Positions 1 to 9,835 are shown, numbered from the stretch's first letter. The stretch is 64,000 bases of DNA from an uncultured Verrucomicrobiae bacterium (GCA_963718565.1 OY970364.1:1376001-1440000); one strand, 5' to 3'. Notes: generated by a model from the sequence alone, not told the origin. A program made the numbers and translations.

Positions 1-3000
1 GGTCGTCGTTCCAACATAAGAATTACTACCCGCTGCATCTAGAACAAGAGTTCCAGATCCTTGTTTTGTCAAAGATCCTCCCCCTGTGATATCTCCCTCC
101 CATGTCACAGTACCTGCAGGATCATCGACAGAGAAAGTTCCGGGTCCATTGAGTGTGATCGGACGTGTAGATGTCAACGCAAGCGTGCCTGTAGGGAAAT
201 CTAGGATTCCTCTATTCAAAGTGATACCTGTGCCCGACATGCCCAGCTCTCCATCATTGGTGATTTGCACTGTCCCATTATTGGATACAGAGGTCCCTCC
301 TTGATAGCTGTTAGAAGTATTGGTCATCGCAAGAGTCCCGTTGCTAAGCACGTTGACCGGTCCGCTTCCGCTGATCAAACTAGTGACTGTCGCCGTTCCC
401 GAATGAGTGAAATTGAGCACACTATCGTTGATGACATCGCCTGTGCCTGCAAGACTATTGAAAGCATTGATCTGTAATGTTCCTGAAGAGATCGTTGTTG
501 TTCCGGTATAGATATCATTGCCGGACAAGATAAGCGTTCCAGCACCCTGCATCGTCAACGAACCAGAGCCTGAAATCCCCCCGGCCAAGCTCGCTGTCCC
601 GGATTGATTGAAAATAAACGACCCATTATTAATGACATTGCTTCCAAAGGGAAAACTATCAGCATTATCGATCTGGAGAATCCCAGAACTAATTGTTGTT
701 GTACCGCTGTAAGTATTATCCCCTGTAAATATCATTTCTCCAGGTCCGGTCAAGGTCAGCTGGCCCGGACCGATGATGTTCCCCGCCTGAGTGACGATTG
801 TCGCCACGTCTGAGACATCAATCGTGCCCCCCTGGCCTGTCAGAATAATGGGATGCTGTGATGTAAAGGAAGGGGTAACAGGAACAAGAAGGGTTCCATC
901 ATTGAGAGTCAGCGTTGAAGTCGGAGCCCCGAAGCTGCTGGTCCCGGTAAATATCCCAATAGCGCCATTTGTGAACGCCAGCCCTCCGGTAAAATTATTA
1001 CTCGGATTAGAAAGGATGAGTGTCCCGCTTCCGATATTATTGACAGATCCCGACCCTGTGATGAATCCTGAAAATGTATAAGTTCCCGGGACGTTAAAAT
1101 TCAAAATCCCGTTGTCATTGACTTGATTCATCGGCAGGCTATCGGCATTATTGATCTGCAATGTCCCTGTCGAGAGCGTCGTTTGCCCCATGTAGGTATT
1201 CATCCCGGAAAGAATCATGGTGCCGGTTCCTTCCATCGTCAAGGTACCCGTCCCGGAAATGTCTCCAGAAAAAGTCCCCGTCCCGGAATTATTAAACACA
1301 AGCGAGCTGTCGTCTACCACTGTTCCGGATGTAGGAAGGCCATTGTTGGAATTAATTTGCAAGGTTCCCGCTGAAATCGTCGTCGTCCCCAAATAAGTAT
1401 TGTCGCCTGCGAGAATGACCGTTCCAGAGGCTTGCAATATCAAGGCTCCGCTGCCGCTAATCGATCCATCGACAGTCAATATTCCGGACTGATTGAAAAT
1501 GAGAGTATCGTCATTCACGACCGTACTAAAGCGCGGAAAGCTGGTGGCATTATTGATTTGCAGCGTTCCTAAATCAATGGTTGTTGTCCCTGTATAGGTG
1601 GCGTCCAATCCAATAAAAATGACTGAAGATCCTCCTTGTATGGTCACAGAGCCTGTTCCGGAAATATTTTCATTGACTATAATAGGTGAACTATTGTTGA
1701 AAACAAGCGCTCCATTATCTACAACTTCTGATCCAGATAAACTATAAGTATCATCGATTTGCAGTGTGCCTAAAGCAATCGTCGTTGGCCCTAAGTAAGT
1801 ATTTTCTCCGGAGAGAATCACAGTTCCCCCTCCTGTGACGGACAAGCCGCCGGTCCCGTCGATCATTCCTGAAGCAGTAATGGTTGTGGATAGAAGATTG
1901 TTAAAAATCAATGTTCCGTTGTCAGTAACGTTAAGAGAAGGGGGAAAGCTGCTCGTCGAATTGAATTGAAGAGATGCCATGCTTCCGATGGTCACCGGAC
2001 TTGTGAAAGTATTCGCCCCTGACAAAACCAACGTTCCCATCCCATCGACGGTGATTCCTCCGCCTCCCGTCACCGCTCCTGCAAAAGTTCCCGTTGCCAA
2101 AGCATCGACAAGAAAAGTCCCTGGCCCAGTAAAAGTAACGGGTCGGTTAGAGCTTAATGGCGTAGTGATCTCTAAAGTGCCTCCGTTGAACTGCAGACTG
2201 TTCGTGCTGAATCCTAGATTGTTATCGCTTGAAATCTGAACTGTTCCTCCATTGAGATAGGTCGTTCCCAGGTAGGTATTCGTTCCTCCTACTAGCGATA
2301 ATGTTCCGGTGCCGTTCATCATCAGCCCGCCGCCTGTGCCCCCTCCGGCGCCTAAGTCGCTCGTAATATTGGTCGGTACACTAATGGTTCCTGAATTGGT
2401 GAATTCCACCAATCCTCCTGACATCAAAAAAATGTCAGGACTTTGGCCCTTGCCTACGGTACCGGAAGATCCCGTCATAAATCCTATTCCACCACCTCCT
2501 CCTGTCGCACTGTTGGTATTAAACAATGGAGGCGAGGAAGGATCGCTGATAATCAACGTCCCCCCTCTTTGCACAAAGATCGCACCGCCTAGGCCAGCGC
2601 CGCCTCCTCCCCCATTCCCTGATGCCACGCCGCTGCCGCCAAAGCCTCCTCCGAACCCTGCAAGAGCAGCGGCACTTCCGCCTCCGCTTCCACCGCCCAA
2701 TCCTCCGACTCCAGCTGTACCATTCGAACCGCCGCCGCCGCCGCCACCGCCAAATCCTCCTGTTCCCCCACTCGTTCCAGGCCCGGCACCGCCTCCACCG
2801 CCTCCAAAAGATCCCGCACCTCCAATGCCACCGGTCGTTCCATTCCCGCCTCCGCCGCCACCTCCAAAAGATCCCGTAGAATTTCCTCCTGCCCCTCCAG
2901 TGACAGTTCCACCACCGCCGCCGCCGGCTCCCATTGCAGAAGTTCCCCCTCCACCTCCATTGCCGGAAGTATTTCCGCCTCCTCCTCCGCCGCCGCTGTC

Positions 3001-3879
3001 GCCCGTACCGCTTCCGCCAGCGCTTCCTGATGATCCGCCCGTTCCCCCCGGATTGCCTAAAGAATCAGCTCCCCCATTCCCTCCTGTAGTCGAAATCCCG
3101 CTGCCATTTTGTCCTACATTGGCATCCGATCCACCTCCGCCACCTCCCGAATTGCCAGACGCAGCGCCATCACCCCCGCCGAAAAATAGTCCGCCGCCTC
3201 CGCCTCCCCCGGAATCTCCCTCGCCCCCATCGCTGTCATATCCACCACCGCCACCGCCGCCACCACCGCCAGTCGTATTCCCTCCGGTCCCATCATTCAT
3301 ACCACCACCACCACCGCCGCTGGTGCCAGTCACCGTTTGAACGCCTCCATTTCCCCCAACAGCTTGACAATTTGAAAATGTACTCCCGGTCACAGTGACT
3401 GTTGCGCCAGTACCCACAAATAGCCCTCCGCCGGCGCCCAAGCCGCCGCCGCCGCCATTTCCTCCCAGACCTCCTCCAGAGCCGCCAATCGATGTGCCCG
3501 ATAAAAATGTGATGTCGCTTTCTATCGCCAATGTTGTCACATTGGGCGATACAAAAAATATCTGGTACAAACTGTTCCCGTTAATCGTCACGCTATTTCC
3601 ATTCGAGTCTATCGTCGAAATGCTAGATCCTATAAGAGGCAATGAGCTTGCCAAAGAGATTGTCCCGCCTGTCATAAATTGAATGAGGCTGTTTGGCACC
3701 GCTGCTGTATTGGCATCAATAATCGCCTGGCGCAAAGAACCGGCCCCACTGTCACTAGTATTGGAAACAGTATAGGTAACGCCGAAAAGCGAAGCATTGG
3801 CCGACAGCAAAGAAAAACAGATGAGCGATCGCGCTCGCAGCCATGGGGAGTTTTTAATCGGAATTCGAAAAAATCTCAT
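1..3879 (-). CDS. Large Gly-rich autotransporter/adhesin with autotransporter-associated beta-strand repeats (partial, runs off window start)
   Basis: Absent from the ORF track, consistent with no stop inside the window. Manual translation from ATG 3879 gives MRFFRIPIKNSPWLRARSLICFSLLSANASLFG-VTYTVSNTSDSGAGSLRQAIIDAN (signal peptide plus adhesin-type start), then poly-Gly tracts and many GxGTLxLxGxNTYxGxTTIxxGTLQI repeats. The same frame reads GSGTLVLDAAGSNSYVGTTT at 60..1. Confidence 0.9.
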   Translation of the reverse strand, partial: MRFFRIPIKNSPWLRARSLICFSLLSANASLFGVTYTVSNTSDSGAGSLRQAIIDANTAAVPNSLIQFMTGGTISLASSLPLIGSSISTIDSNGNSVTINGNSLYQIFFVSPNVTTLAIESDITFLSGTSIGGSGGGLGGNGGGGGLGAGGGLFVGTGATVTVTGSTFSNCQAVGGNGGVQTVTGTSGGGGGGMNDGTGGNTTGGGGGGGGGGYDSDGGEGDSGGGGGGGLFFGGGDGAASGNSGGGGGGSDANVGQNGSGISTTGGNGGADSLGNPGGTGGSSGSAGGSGTGDSGGGGGGGNTSGNGGGGGTSAMGAGGGGGGTVTGGAGGNSTGSFGGGGGGGNGTTGGIGGAGSFGGGGGGAGPGTSGGTGGFGGGGGGGGSNGTAGVGGLGGGSGGGSAAALAGFGGGFGGSGVASGNGGGGGAGLGGAIFVQRGGTLIISDPSSPPLFNTNSATGGGGGIGFMTGSSGTVGKGQSPDIFLMSGGLVEFTNSGTISVPTNITSDLGAGGGTGGGLMMNGTGTLSLVGGTNTYLGTTYLNGGTVQISSDNNLGFSTNSLQFNGGTLEITTPLSSNRPVTFTGPGTFLVDALATGTFAGAVTGGGGITVDGMGTLVLSGANTFTSPVTIGSMASLQFNSTSSFPPSLNVTDNGTLIFNNLLSTTITASGMIDGTGGLSVTGGGTVILSGENTYLGPTTIALGTLQIDDTYSLSGSEVVDNGALVFNNSSPIIVNENISGTGSVTIQGGSSVIFIGLDATYTGTTTIDLGTLQINNATSFPRFSTVVNDDTLIFNQSGILTVDGSISGSGALILQASGTVILAGDNTYLGTTTISAGTLQINSNNGLPTSGTVVDDSSLVFNNSGTGTFSGDISGTGTLTMEGTGTMILSGMNTYMGQTTLSTGTLQINNADSLPMNQVNDNGILNFNVPGTYTFSGFITGSGSVNNIGSGTLILSNPSNNFTGGLAFTNGAIGIFTGTSSFGAPTSTLTLNDGTLLVPVTPSFTSQHPIILTGQGGTIDVSDVATIVTQAGNIIGPGQLTLTGPGEMIFTGDNTYSGTTTISSGILQIDNADSFPFGSNVINNGSFIFNQSGTASLAGGISGSGSLTMQGAGTLILSGNDIYTGTTTISSGTLQINAFNSLAGTGDVINDSVLNFTHSGTATVTSLISGSGPVNVLSNGTLAMTNTSNSYQGGTSVSNNGTVQITNDGELGMSGTGITLNRGILDFPTGTLALTSTRPITLNGPGTFSVDDPAGTVTWEGDITGGGSLTKQGSGTLVLDAAGSNSYVGTTT

Positions 3880-4041
3880 TTTCTTGTATGTAAAAAATAT
3901 TTTAAATCTGAAAAGGCCTGTAAACTAAAATTTAGTTGATAAACCAGACACGATTTTTTTTCAAATTTTTTACAAACAAATCGTAAAATTTTTCTTTGAG
4001 AGGGTGTTTTCAAACTTAATTTGAAAACGGGGTATATTAAA

Positions 4042-4174
4042 GTTGCCAGAACCCGCACAGCGGGTCCGGTTAGCGGCGGCGAAAGCATACTTGGATAAAT
4101 AGGAGAGCCGCCGCCAAGGCGACAGGTGCCAAAAGCGCGATTTTATGCGGCGAGGAGTTTTGCAATTCCCTCTA
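4042..4174. mobile_element. Family A palindromic element, internally deleted copy
   Basis: Matches the reverse complement of both arms of 37842-38099 with the centre missing; ends in GCGAGGAGTTTTGCAATTCCCTCTA. Confidence 0.85.
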
Positions 4175-4379
4175 TACCATCGCGAAGCAGTTTCCGCCCA
4201 AAGCAGCATCTATTACCTGCTCTGTCAATCTGTTTTCAATTTTCTCCGGGTCTTTGCGGCTCTGCGTTGATTTCATCCGTCGCGCTCATGTGGCCTTTAA
4301 ACATATGTCACAGGAAGCTAATCTGTCAGAAGTTTGAAAATACCCCCTTAAAGGAACGCATCCAAGAAAAAGAGAATAA

Positions 4380-4461
4380 TGCGAGAGAGGGGACTCGAAC
4401 CCCTACGAGAAACCCCACTACCACCTCAAAGTAGCGCGTCTACCAATTCCGCCACTCTCGC
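4380..4461 (-). tRNA. tRNA-Leu(GAG)
   Basis: Minus strand GCGAGAGTGGCGGAATTGGTAGACGCG-CTACT-TTGAGGT-GGTAG...GGTTCGAGTCCCCTCTCTCGC-A; long variable arm, no encoded CCA. Confidence 0.95.
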
Positions 4462-4477
4462 AAGAAATGAAAGGAAG

Positions 4478-4506
4478 ATCTTACTTTTTCATTCAAATCC
4501 CTTCAA
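4478..4506 (-). promoter_or_regulatory. Putative sigma66/70 promoter of tRNA-Leu
   Basis: TTGAAG-17 nt-TAAGAT on the minus strand, 16 nt before the tRNA 5' end. Confidence 0.55.
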
Positions 4507-4591
4507 GGAAATTTGACAGGAAATTTGCAGGGGATGTATCTCCGCTGAATATACAAAACTCATTGCTAAGCCTCGTTGCTATGTCTCATCC

Positions 4592-4644
4592 TTAACTTAA
4601 TTTTAAAACCCAATTGACTTCTTTGGGCGTTTTTGTTAAGTTAA
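4592..4644 (+). promoter_or_regulatory. abiE promoter overlapped by an inverted repeat (putative AbiEi operator)
   Basis: TTAACTTAA (4592-4600) / TTAAGTTAA (4636-4644) with inner AAAACCCAA / TTGGGCGTTTT; TTGACT-17 nt-TAAGTT. Confidence 0.55.
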
Positions 4645-4660
4645 AGAAAAGGATATTTCC

Positions 4661-5257
4661 ATGCGACCAAAGGCCTGTCTAATACTTCTTATTCCTTTAC
4701 TTGATCAGCCATCTTTCACAGCAAAAGAGGCCAAAAACTTGGGAGTCTCTGCCGCAGTTTTAAGCTACTATGTTAAAGCTGGACAACTAAAAAGAATTCG
4801 GCATGGAGTATATCAAGCAATCAATTATCAAAATCCTGAAGCTTTCCGTTGGATAGACCTCATAGAAGCTGTTCATTCCATTAGTGGTGGAGTGGTATGC
4901 CTGATTTCTGCGCTTGCTGTGTATGATTTAACTGAAGAAATCCCTCGTCAACACTGGATTGGAATTCGACATGGAACTTCAGCTCGAAGTAGTCGTCAAA
5001 TTAAAATCGTTCGCTTTCGCGATCTCGATTTAGGCAAAACCGAAATCGAACTAGAAGGAGCCCGCATTTCAATTTTTGACAGGGAACGCACAATTATAGA
5101 TGCATTTCGCCTCTTGAGTCGAGAAACTGCTATTAAAGCTTTAAAATCAGCTGTAGCACAAGGTGGAAAAAACCGCATCGACCTAATAAAGCTTGAAGCC
5201 TATGCTAAAAAGCTTCAATTCGATATTTCACCTTATTTACTGAGTATAACCACATGA
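4661..5257 (+). CDS. abiEi: Type IV toxin-antitoxin AbiEi-family antitoxin
   Basis: N-terminal wHTH (FTAKEAKNLGVS...GQLKRIRHGVY), CLISALAVYDLTEEIP and FDRERTIID motifs; ATGA-coupled to the next gene. Confidence 0.85.
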   Translation: MRPKACLILLIPLLDQPSFTAKEAKNLGVSAAVLSYYVKAGQLKRIRHGVYQAINYQNPEAFRWIDLIEAVHSISGGVVCLISALAVYDLTEEIPRQHWIGIRHGTSARSSRQIKIVRFRDLDLGKTEIELEGARISIFDRERTIIDAFRLLSRETAIKALKSAVAQGGKNRIDLIKLEAYAKKLQFDISPYLLSITT

Positions 5258-6096
5258 TAAATGAACAAGCTCTCAAGGATAGACTCCAAACCATCGCCAA
5301 AGAAAAAGAGATTCCTTTTAATGCCTGCTGGAAACAACTTCTTTTAGAAAGATTTCTGACTCGATTAGCCCGCTCTTCCCACGTCAATAAATTTATATTT
5401 AAAGGTGGATTTCTACTTTCCTACATGATGAAAATTGGAAGAGAAACCGTAGACCTTGATTTTCTTTTAACGCAGATGAATGCCGAAGTAAAAGGGCTTC
5501 AAGAGGTTTTTGAAGAGATCGTATTGATACCGTCGGAAGACGGATTTACTTTTTCTTTTGAAGGCATTGAAATACTTTCTCAGCCGCATATGGAGTATTC
5601 CGGGTATCGTACAACTCTCAAAGTTTCTTTTGCCAAGATGAAAGATAAAATTCATGTAGATGTTGGCATAGGTGATATCGTAGAACCGCAGTACAAAGAA
5701 ATTAAACTTTTTGAATATCGTGGAAAGCCATTTTTTGAAGAATCCATTTCACTTTTAGTCTATCCTATCGAAACAATTTTTGCAGAAAAATTAGAGACCA
5801 TTCTTTCAAAAGGCTCTAGAAATAACCGGATGAAAGACTTTCATGATCTACTTTTACTTTTGCGTGATAAAAGCTTGCAAAGCTCTACAAAGCTGCATGA
5901 AAATGTGCAAAAAACATTTGAGCATCGTGGAACGACATTAAAGCCTATTCAGTTTGAGGAAGCAGGTCATAAGGCTCTTCAACAATTGTGGACAGCACAT
6001 CTACAGGGTCTTGGCGATGTAGCTAAAGAGCTTGAACTGCCAGAAAACATTAAGGAGGTCATAGACATACTCAATAGTGGTATAAGTCTATCTTAA
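5254..6096 (+). CDS. abiEii: AbiEii/AbiGii-family nucleotidyltransferase toxin
   Basis: FIFKGGFLL...RETVDLDF, ETIFAEKLETI and RMKDFHDL motifs. Confidence 0.9.
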   Translation: MINEQALKDRLQTIAKEKEIPFNACWKQLLLERFLTRLARSSHVNKFIFKGGFLLSYMMKIGRETVDLDFLLTQMNAEVKGLQEVFEEIVLIPSEDGFTFSFEGIEILSQPHMEYSGYRTTLKVSFAKMKDKIHVDVGIGDIVEPQYKEIKLFEYRGKPFFEESISLLVYPIETIFAEKLETILSKGSRNNRMKDFHDLLLLLRDKSLQSSTKLHENVQKTFEHRGTTLKPIQFEEAGHKALQQLWTAHLQGLGDVAKELELPENIKEVIDILNSGISLS

Positions 6097-6221
6097 CCTA
6101 ATTTCCCTCAATTTTCATGATCTCCTTGGAAATTTCTTGAGATTAGAATACCCTTATATTTTTCTTAAGCTTTAAAAGAATAATTACAACGAAACATATT
6201 AAATAAAAGCTTGGTTACTTA

Positions 6222-6488
6222 ATGTACACTAAAGCGTTCCCTTATAATGACGATGTGATTTTTTATTTCGATCTGATGGTGTTTGATAAACCGAATCTTT
6301 CAACTCTATTTGGCTTAATGATCATTTTTGCTTTCTTCTGCATTCCCTTTTCCATCCTCCCATCAATCGTTTTTATCTGGTCGAACTATTCCAAAAAAAA
6401 ATACAAGAAGATGTATTTTTACTGCTGTTTACCTGTTCTAATTTTTGTTCTGAGTATGCTACTGGTAATGGGACTAGCAGATACATGA
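6222..6488 (+). CDS. Small hypothetical membrane protein (2 TM)
   Basis: 88 aa, two hydrophobic stretches separated by a KKKYKK loop; AT-rich. Confidence 0.45.
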   Translation: MYTKAFPYNDDVIFYFDLMVFDKPNLSTLFGLMIIFAFFCIPFSILPSIVFIWSNYSKKKYKKMYFYCCLPVLIFVLSMLLVMGLADT

Positions 6489-6839
6489 TCATCATTATTT
6501 TAGGCAAAGAAATATTTCATTTGTAACCCCACAGAATAAGACGGTTATGTTCTCTATGAAAATAATGTGAGCATCATTGTTTCCCCACTTACTGACTATC
6601 CGCGGAAGTCAGGATATATATTGAACAGACAGAAAAATTGAATAGTTAGATAAAAAATGAAGATGGCTCTTGAAAATTTTCTATTTGTCTTATTTTTAAC
6701 GACTCAAGAATTCAGGGAGTTATCGTTATGCTGAAATACTCTAACCATTCTCTTTTCGAATTTCGACTCGACACATCAAACCGAAGGAAGGCTATTTATT
6801 TACCCAAGGGACGTAAGTGGCCTAGAAAAAAACTGATTT

Positions 6840-8459
6840 TCAAGGCCCAATTGCGTTAGTTTGCAAGCTGTCTTTTTGAAGATCGATATAGATTAGCCTG
6901 TTGGAGTAGTCAATAAAGAGAGGAAATTCGCGAAGAAAATCCATGCCGAGAAATCCATCAAAATCAAATTGTGGGCTCACATCAAGCGCCTTAATAAAAC
7001 GCTCCCCAAAGTCATGCCCCATCATACAAAATCGCGCCGTAGAGGCCGGCTGTGGCGATCGTATCGCCGTAAACGTGCTACCCGTATCAAGCATTAAGCG
7101 ATAGGTTCCCGCATCTATTTCAACGGAAAGAAGAATGCCATCTGGGTGAAGGGTAAAGGGAATAGCGAGAAGATTGTGAGAGAAAAGGCTGGCTTGTTGA
7201 AGAAGTAAGTGATCGGCACTGGCATAAATTGCAAAATGGGGGAAATCCAGAAACAGATTGTATTTTTCGAGGATGGGCAATCCGATAACTCCAATAGGTT
7301 GTTGAGGAAGACCATTTAACGTTACGCCAACGTGAAAATCATCTTTATCCAGTTTGGTAAACACATGAGCAAATCTCAGATTGTTAATTTTAATTTCTGG
7401 AATGGTATAGGTAGGTGCTTCATATTTTCTTCCTCTAAAATCATACCATGAAGCAGTACCATATTTGGACTTGCATATGTTTTGTAAAATCTCCTCTCGA
7501 AAAGCAAAAGGAAAGGAGCTGCCAAGATCGAGTTGTAGAGGATACACATTGCCTTCAACAGTTACATCGATAACAGGATTGCCATGGCTAGCAAAAGTCA
7601 CGGGAATACGTTCAAAATATTTCCCTGGCGGCTCTACATAAGCGATTTTGTGCGCATAATCGAGATAGATAGCATGCTCTTTCAGAAAATCCATACCGAT
7701 AAACCCAGCAATTTCATCAAGCCCTTCTGGTAAATCTATTGATTCGAACGTGACGTTGCCAAATTGTTGTTCCCCAAGAACAAGTGGAGATGAGACAAAA
7801 GGAAATGGGTTATTAGGAGGAATGAGAGAGGAACGAAGGTAAGTGATCATAAATGCAGTGCTCATGACAAACTTGGAAGTCCCTAAATCGGTATTGACCT
7901 GAAAAACGATCCCGCCACGATGCATTTCAAAAGGCACGCTTATCCAATTCTTACCAACAAGTTTCTTGGCCTGAAGTTTAGAAAATGTATCGCAAGCAAC
8001 AACACGATGGTGAGGAAAATCAAGGAGAAGATTAAATTCCTCTCCTAAAAATCTACCCAAGATACCATAATCTTCTTCATCAGATTCATAAGCAACAATA
8101 TTTTTTAACTCTAAGTCTCCCACTTTCAACTTTGGAATAACATAAGCGGAAGCTTCATATTTGCATCCGTTAATGCCATGCCATTCGCCTATCCCTTGCG
8201 GTTGTTTATCAACCGTGTCGAGCATCTCCTTACGTAAAAATAAGGGGAATCGAGATCCGATACTAAGTCCTAAGGTACAACTTTTTCCTTGCAATTCCGC
8301 AGTAATAAGAGGACGGTCACGCCTACCATAAGCGACATCGAAGTAACTATAATAACCCGTTGCAAAGGAGTACCACAGAAGCAACCCAATACCAAGAGTT
8401 ACAATTGTTAGAAGTAGTGGAACAACATATTTGGGTCTACTAGAAATTGTATCCCCCAT
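6840..8459 (-). CDS. Membrane-anchored protein with four tandem retropepsin-like (aspartyl protease) repeats
   Basis: N-terminal TM, then repeats centred on LSIGS, MSTAF, LDLGS and LDTGS, each with a GILG/GFIG/GVIG/GFLG..F...hDY/F tail. Start placed at ATG 8459 (ORF track 8525). Confidence 0.75.
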   Translation of the reverse strand: MGDTISSRPKYVVPLLLTIVTLGIGLLLWYSFATGYYSYFDVAYGRRDRPLITAELQGKSCTLGLSIGSRFPLFLRKEMLDTVDKQPQGIGEWHGINGCKYEASAYVIPKLKVGDLELKNIVAYESDEEDYGILGRFLGEEFNLLLDFPHHRVVACDTFSKLQAKKLVGKNWISVPFEMHRGGIVFQVNTDLGTSKFVMSTAFMITYLRSSLIPPNNPFPFVSSPLVLGEQQFGNVTFESIDLPEGLDEIAGFIGMDFLKEHAIYLDYAHKIAYVEPPGKYFERIPVTFASHGNPVIDVTVEGNVYPLQLDLGSSFPFAFREEILQNICKSKYGTASWYDFRGRKYEAPTYTIPEIKINNLRFAHVFTKLDKDDFHVGVTLNGLPQQPIGVIGLPILEKYNLFLDFPHFAIYASADHLLLQQASLFSHNLLAIPFTLHPDGILLSVEIDAGTYRLMLDTGSTFTAIRSPQPASTARFCMMGHDFGERFIKALDVSPQFDFDGFLGMDFLREFPLFIDYSNRLIYIDLQKDSLQTNAIGP

Positions 8460-8841
8460 GAGCCTCCCCATGCACTTCAGTCCTTGTATTCCCATCTCTA
8501 TCTCTACCACCAGATACTCCTGCACTTCCCCCTACGTCCCACCCACTATCGGAATGATAGGAACCTCCAACATCAACCGATGCACTCTCATTGCCATTTG
8601 AGTCCCTACCTCCACCTACTGACCCGTGCACTTCTCCCTTTCCTCCTCCACCTCCCTCACCTTTGTCCTTGTCCTTTCCTCGATTGAAGATATAATCAGA
8701 CATGTGTGTTTGCGCATTCCTTAACGAAGTTGATGCAGGAAGGGGCTCTTGAGCAATTAAGATGCCCTCTGAAGGCTCTCCTCCAAACAGAACAGAAGCC
8801 AGCCAGCGGTTAGCTGCATCATGGACATCTGCGGTTTCCAA
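8440..8841 (-). CDS. Gly-rich hypothetical protein with beta-strand-like C-terminus ending in Phe (probably 5'-truncated)
   Basis: ...ASVDVGGSYHSDSGWDVGGSAGVSGG...TEVHGEAHGGYNF; overlaps the protease start; no signal peptide. Confidence 0.5.
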   Translation of the reverse strand: METADVHDAANRWLASVLFGGEPSEGILIAQEPLPASTSLRNAQTHMSDYIFNRGKDKDKGEGGGGGKGEVHGSVGGGRDSNGNESASVDVGGSYHSDSGWDVGGSAGVSGGRDRDGNTRTEVHGEAHGGYNF

Positions 8842-8876
8842 ATCATGGCCATACCCTTCTAAACGAAGGTAGGAGC

Positions 8877-9090
8877 GCTTGCCTGATCGTTTGGGGTATC
8901 AACGATAATACTCGTCAGGTTGTCGGCACAACATTCCTTCCTAAAAAGAAAAAAATCGGCAACCAAGAATTGGAAAGCTGGTTATTAAATCAGTTAACTC
9001 CTGGAATTGAAGTGCATTTTCTTGAAGGTTCAGTCGATAGTCTGCCTGTTGTAATATTTGCAATTCAAGCTGCGTTTTCTCATAACCCAA
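8877..9090 (+). pseudogene. Fragment of a Schlafen/AlbA_2-domain gene
   Basis: Frame reads LIVWGINDNTRQVVGTTFLPKKKKIGNQELESWLLNQLTP...LPVVIFAIQAA, resembling the AlbA_2 core; no proper start or C-terminal domains. Confidence 0.6.
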
Positions 9091-9100
9091 GTTCGCGGCT

Positions 9101-9463
9101 TTCCCAGTTGTTACCACTCCGTGTAATTACGGCGGGGTGCGTCACTGGTTCCTCTGTACAAACCCAGACTGTCGCCGCCGAAGTAAAAAGCTGTATTTGA
9201 ATCGTCAGGGCATCTTTTTCTGCAGAAAATGTCTCAAACTTGCCTATTCTACTCAAAACCGCTCTAAGCTTGATCGGATCATTGACAAGAAGTGGGCACT
9301 GGTGCGTAAGCTGGGCGCAGATTCCGATTGTATTTTGGATAATCAAAAACCAAAAGGCATGCATTGGAAAACGTTTGAAAAAATCAGAAGCGAAATCGCA
9401 TCCCTAGATGAACAGGCTGTCTTCGGCATCGCGACAATGCAGGCAAGCATATATCAAAAGTGA
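9101..9463 (+). pseudogene. 5'-truncated mobile-element-type zinc-finger protein
   Basis: TPCNYGGVRHWFLCTNPDC...LY...FFCRKC...AYSTQ...KPKGMHWKT; the N-terminus is missing and abuts the AlbA_2 fragment. Confidence 0.55.
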
Positions 9464-9574
9464 GAAAGTAGTATTTCTCCATGGAAAAGATGGGTATGCG
9501 ACAATTGTCGTATCATCGGTACGACAATTGTCCCCACCCCATAAGATTTTTCGGTAAGAACAGCGTGCGACATA

Positions 9575-9835
9575 TTAATCACAGTCTCCGCCATTACCCC
9601 CATCTCCTCCAGACCCCCAATCGCTATCCCCTCCTCTGCCTCCGTTGCCACCGTTTTGCCCATTTTCCCCGTTTTGGCCATTCTGACCATTTATCCCTGG
9701 GCAACCATCCTTGCCATGTTTGATCAGGGAACCAATTAAATCCTGTTCATCGATTTCGGGTGTGGAATTATCACATTGGACAAGTGCAATTGGAAAAAGC
9801 ACCAACGCTCCAAGTAGAGTTGTTAAAATTTTCAT
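9575..9835 (-). CDS. Small secreted/lipoprotein-like Gly-rich peptide 3
   Basis: Signal peptide MKILTTLLGALVLFPIALVQC, then NGQ and GGN repeats; GGAG RBS upstream. Confidence 0.7.
   Translation of the reverse strand: MKILTTLLGALVLFPIALVQCDNSTPEIDEQDLIGSLIKHGKDGCPGINGQNGQNGENGQNGGNGGRGGDSDWGSGGDGGNGGDCD

Noticed and set aside
86..3939. Plus-strand ORFs, including the 343-aa proline-rich ORF 2309-3340
   Set aside because: Antisense shadows of the Gly-rich autotransporter; Gly codons read as Pro on the other strand.
3876..4434. Short ORFs around tRNA-Leu
   Set aside because: They overlap the family A element and the tRNA; the same peptides recur at other element copies.
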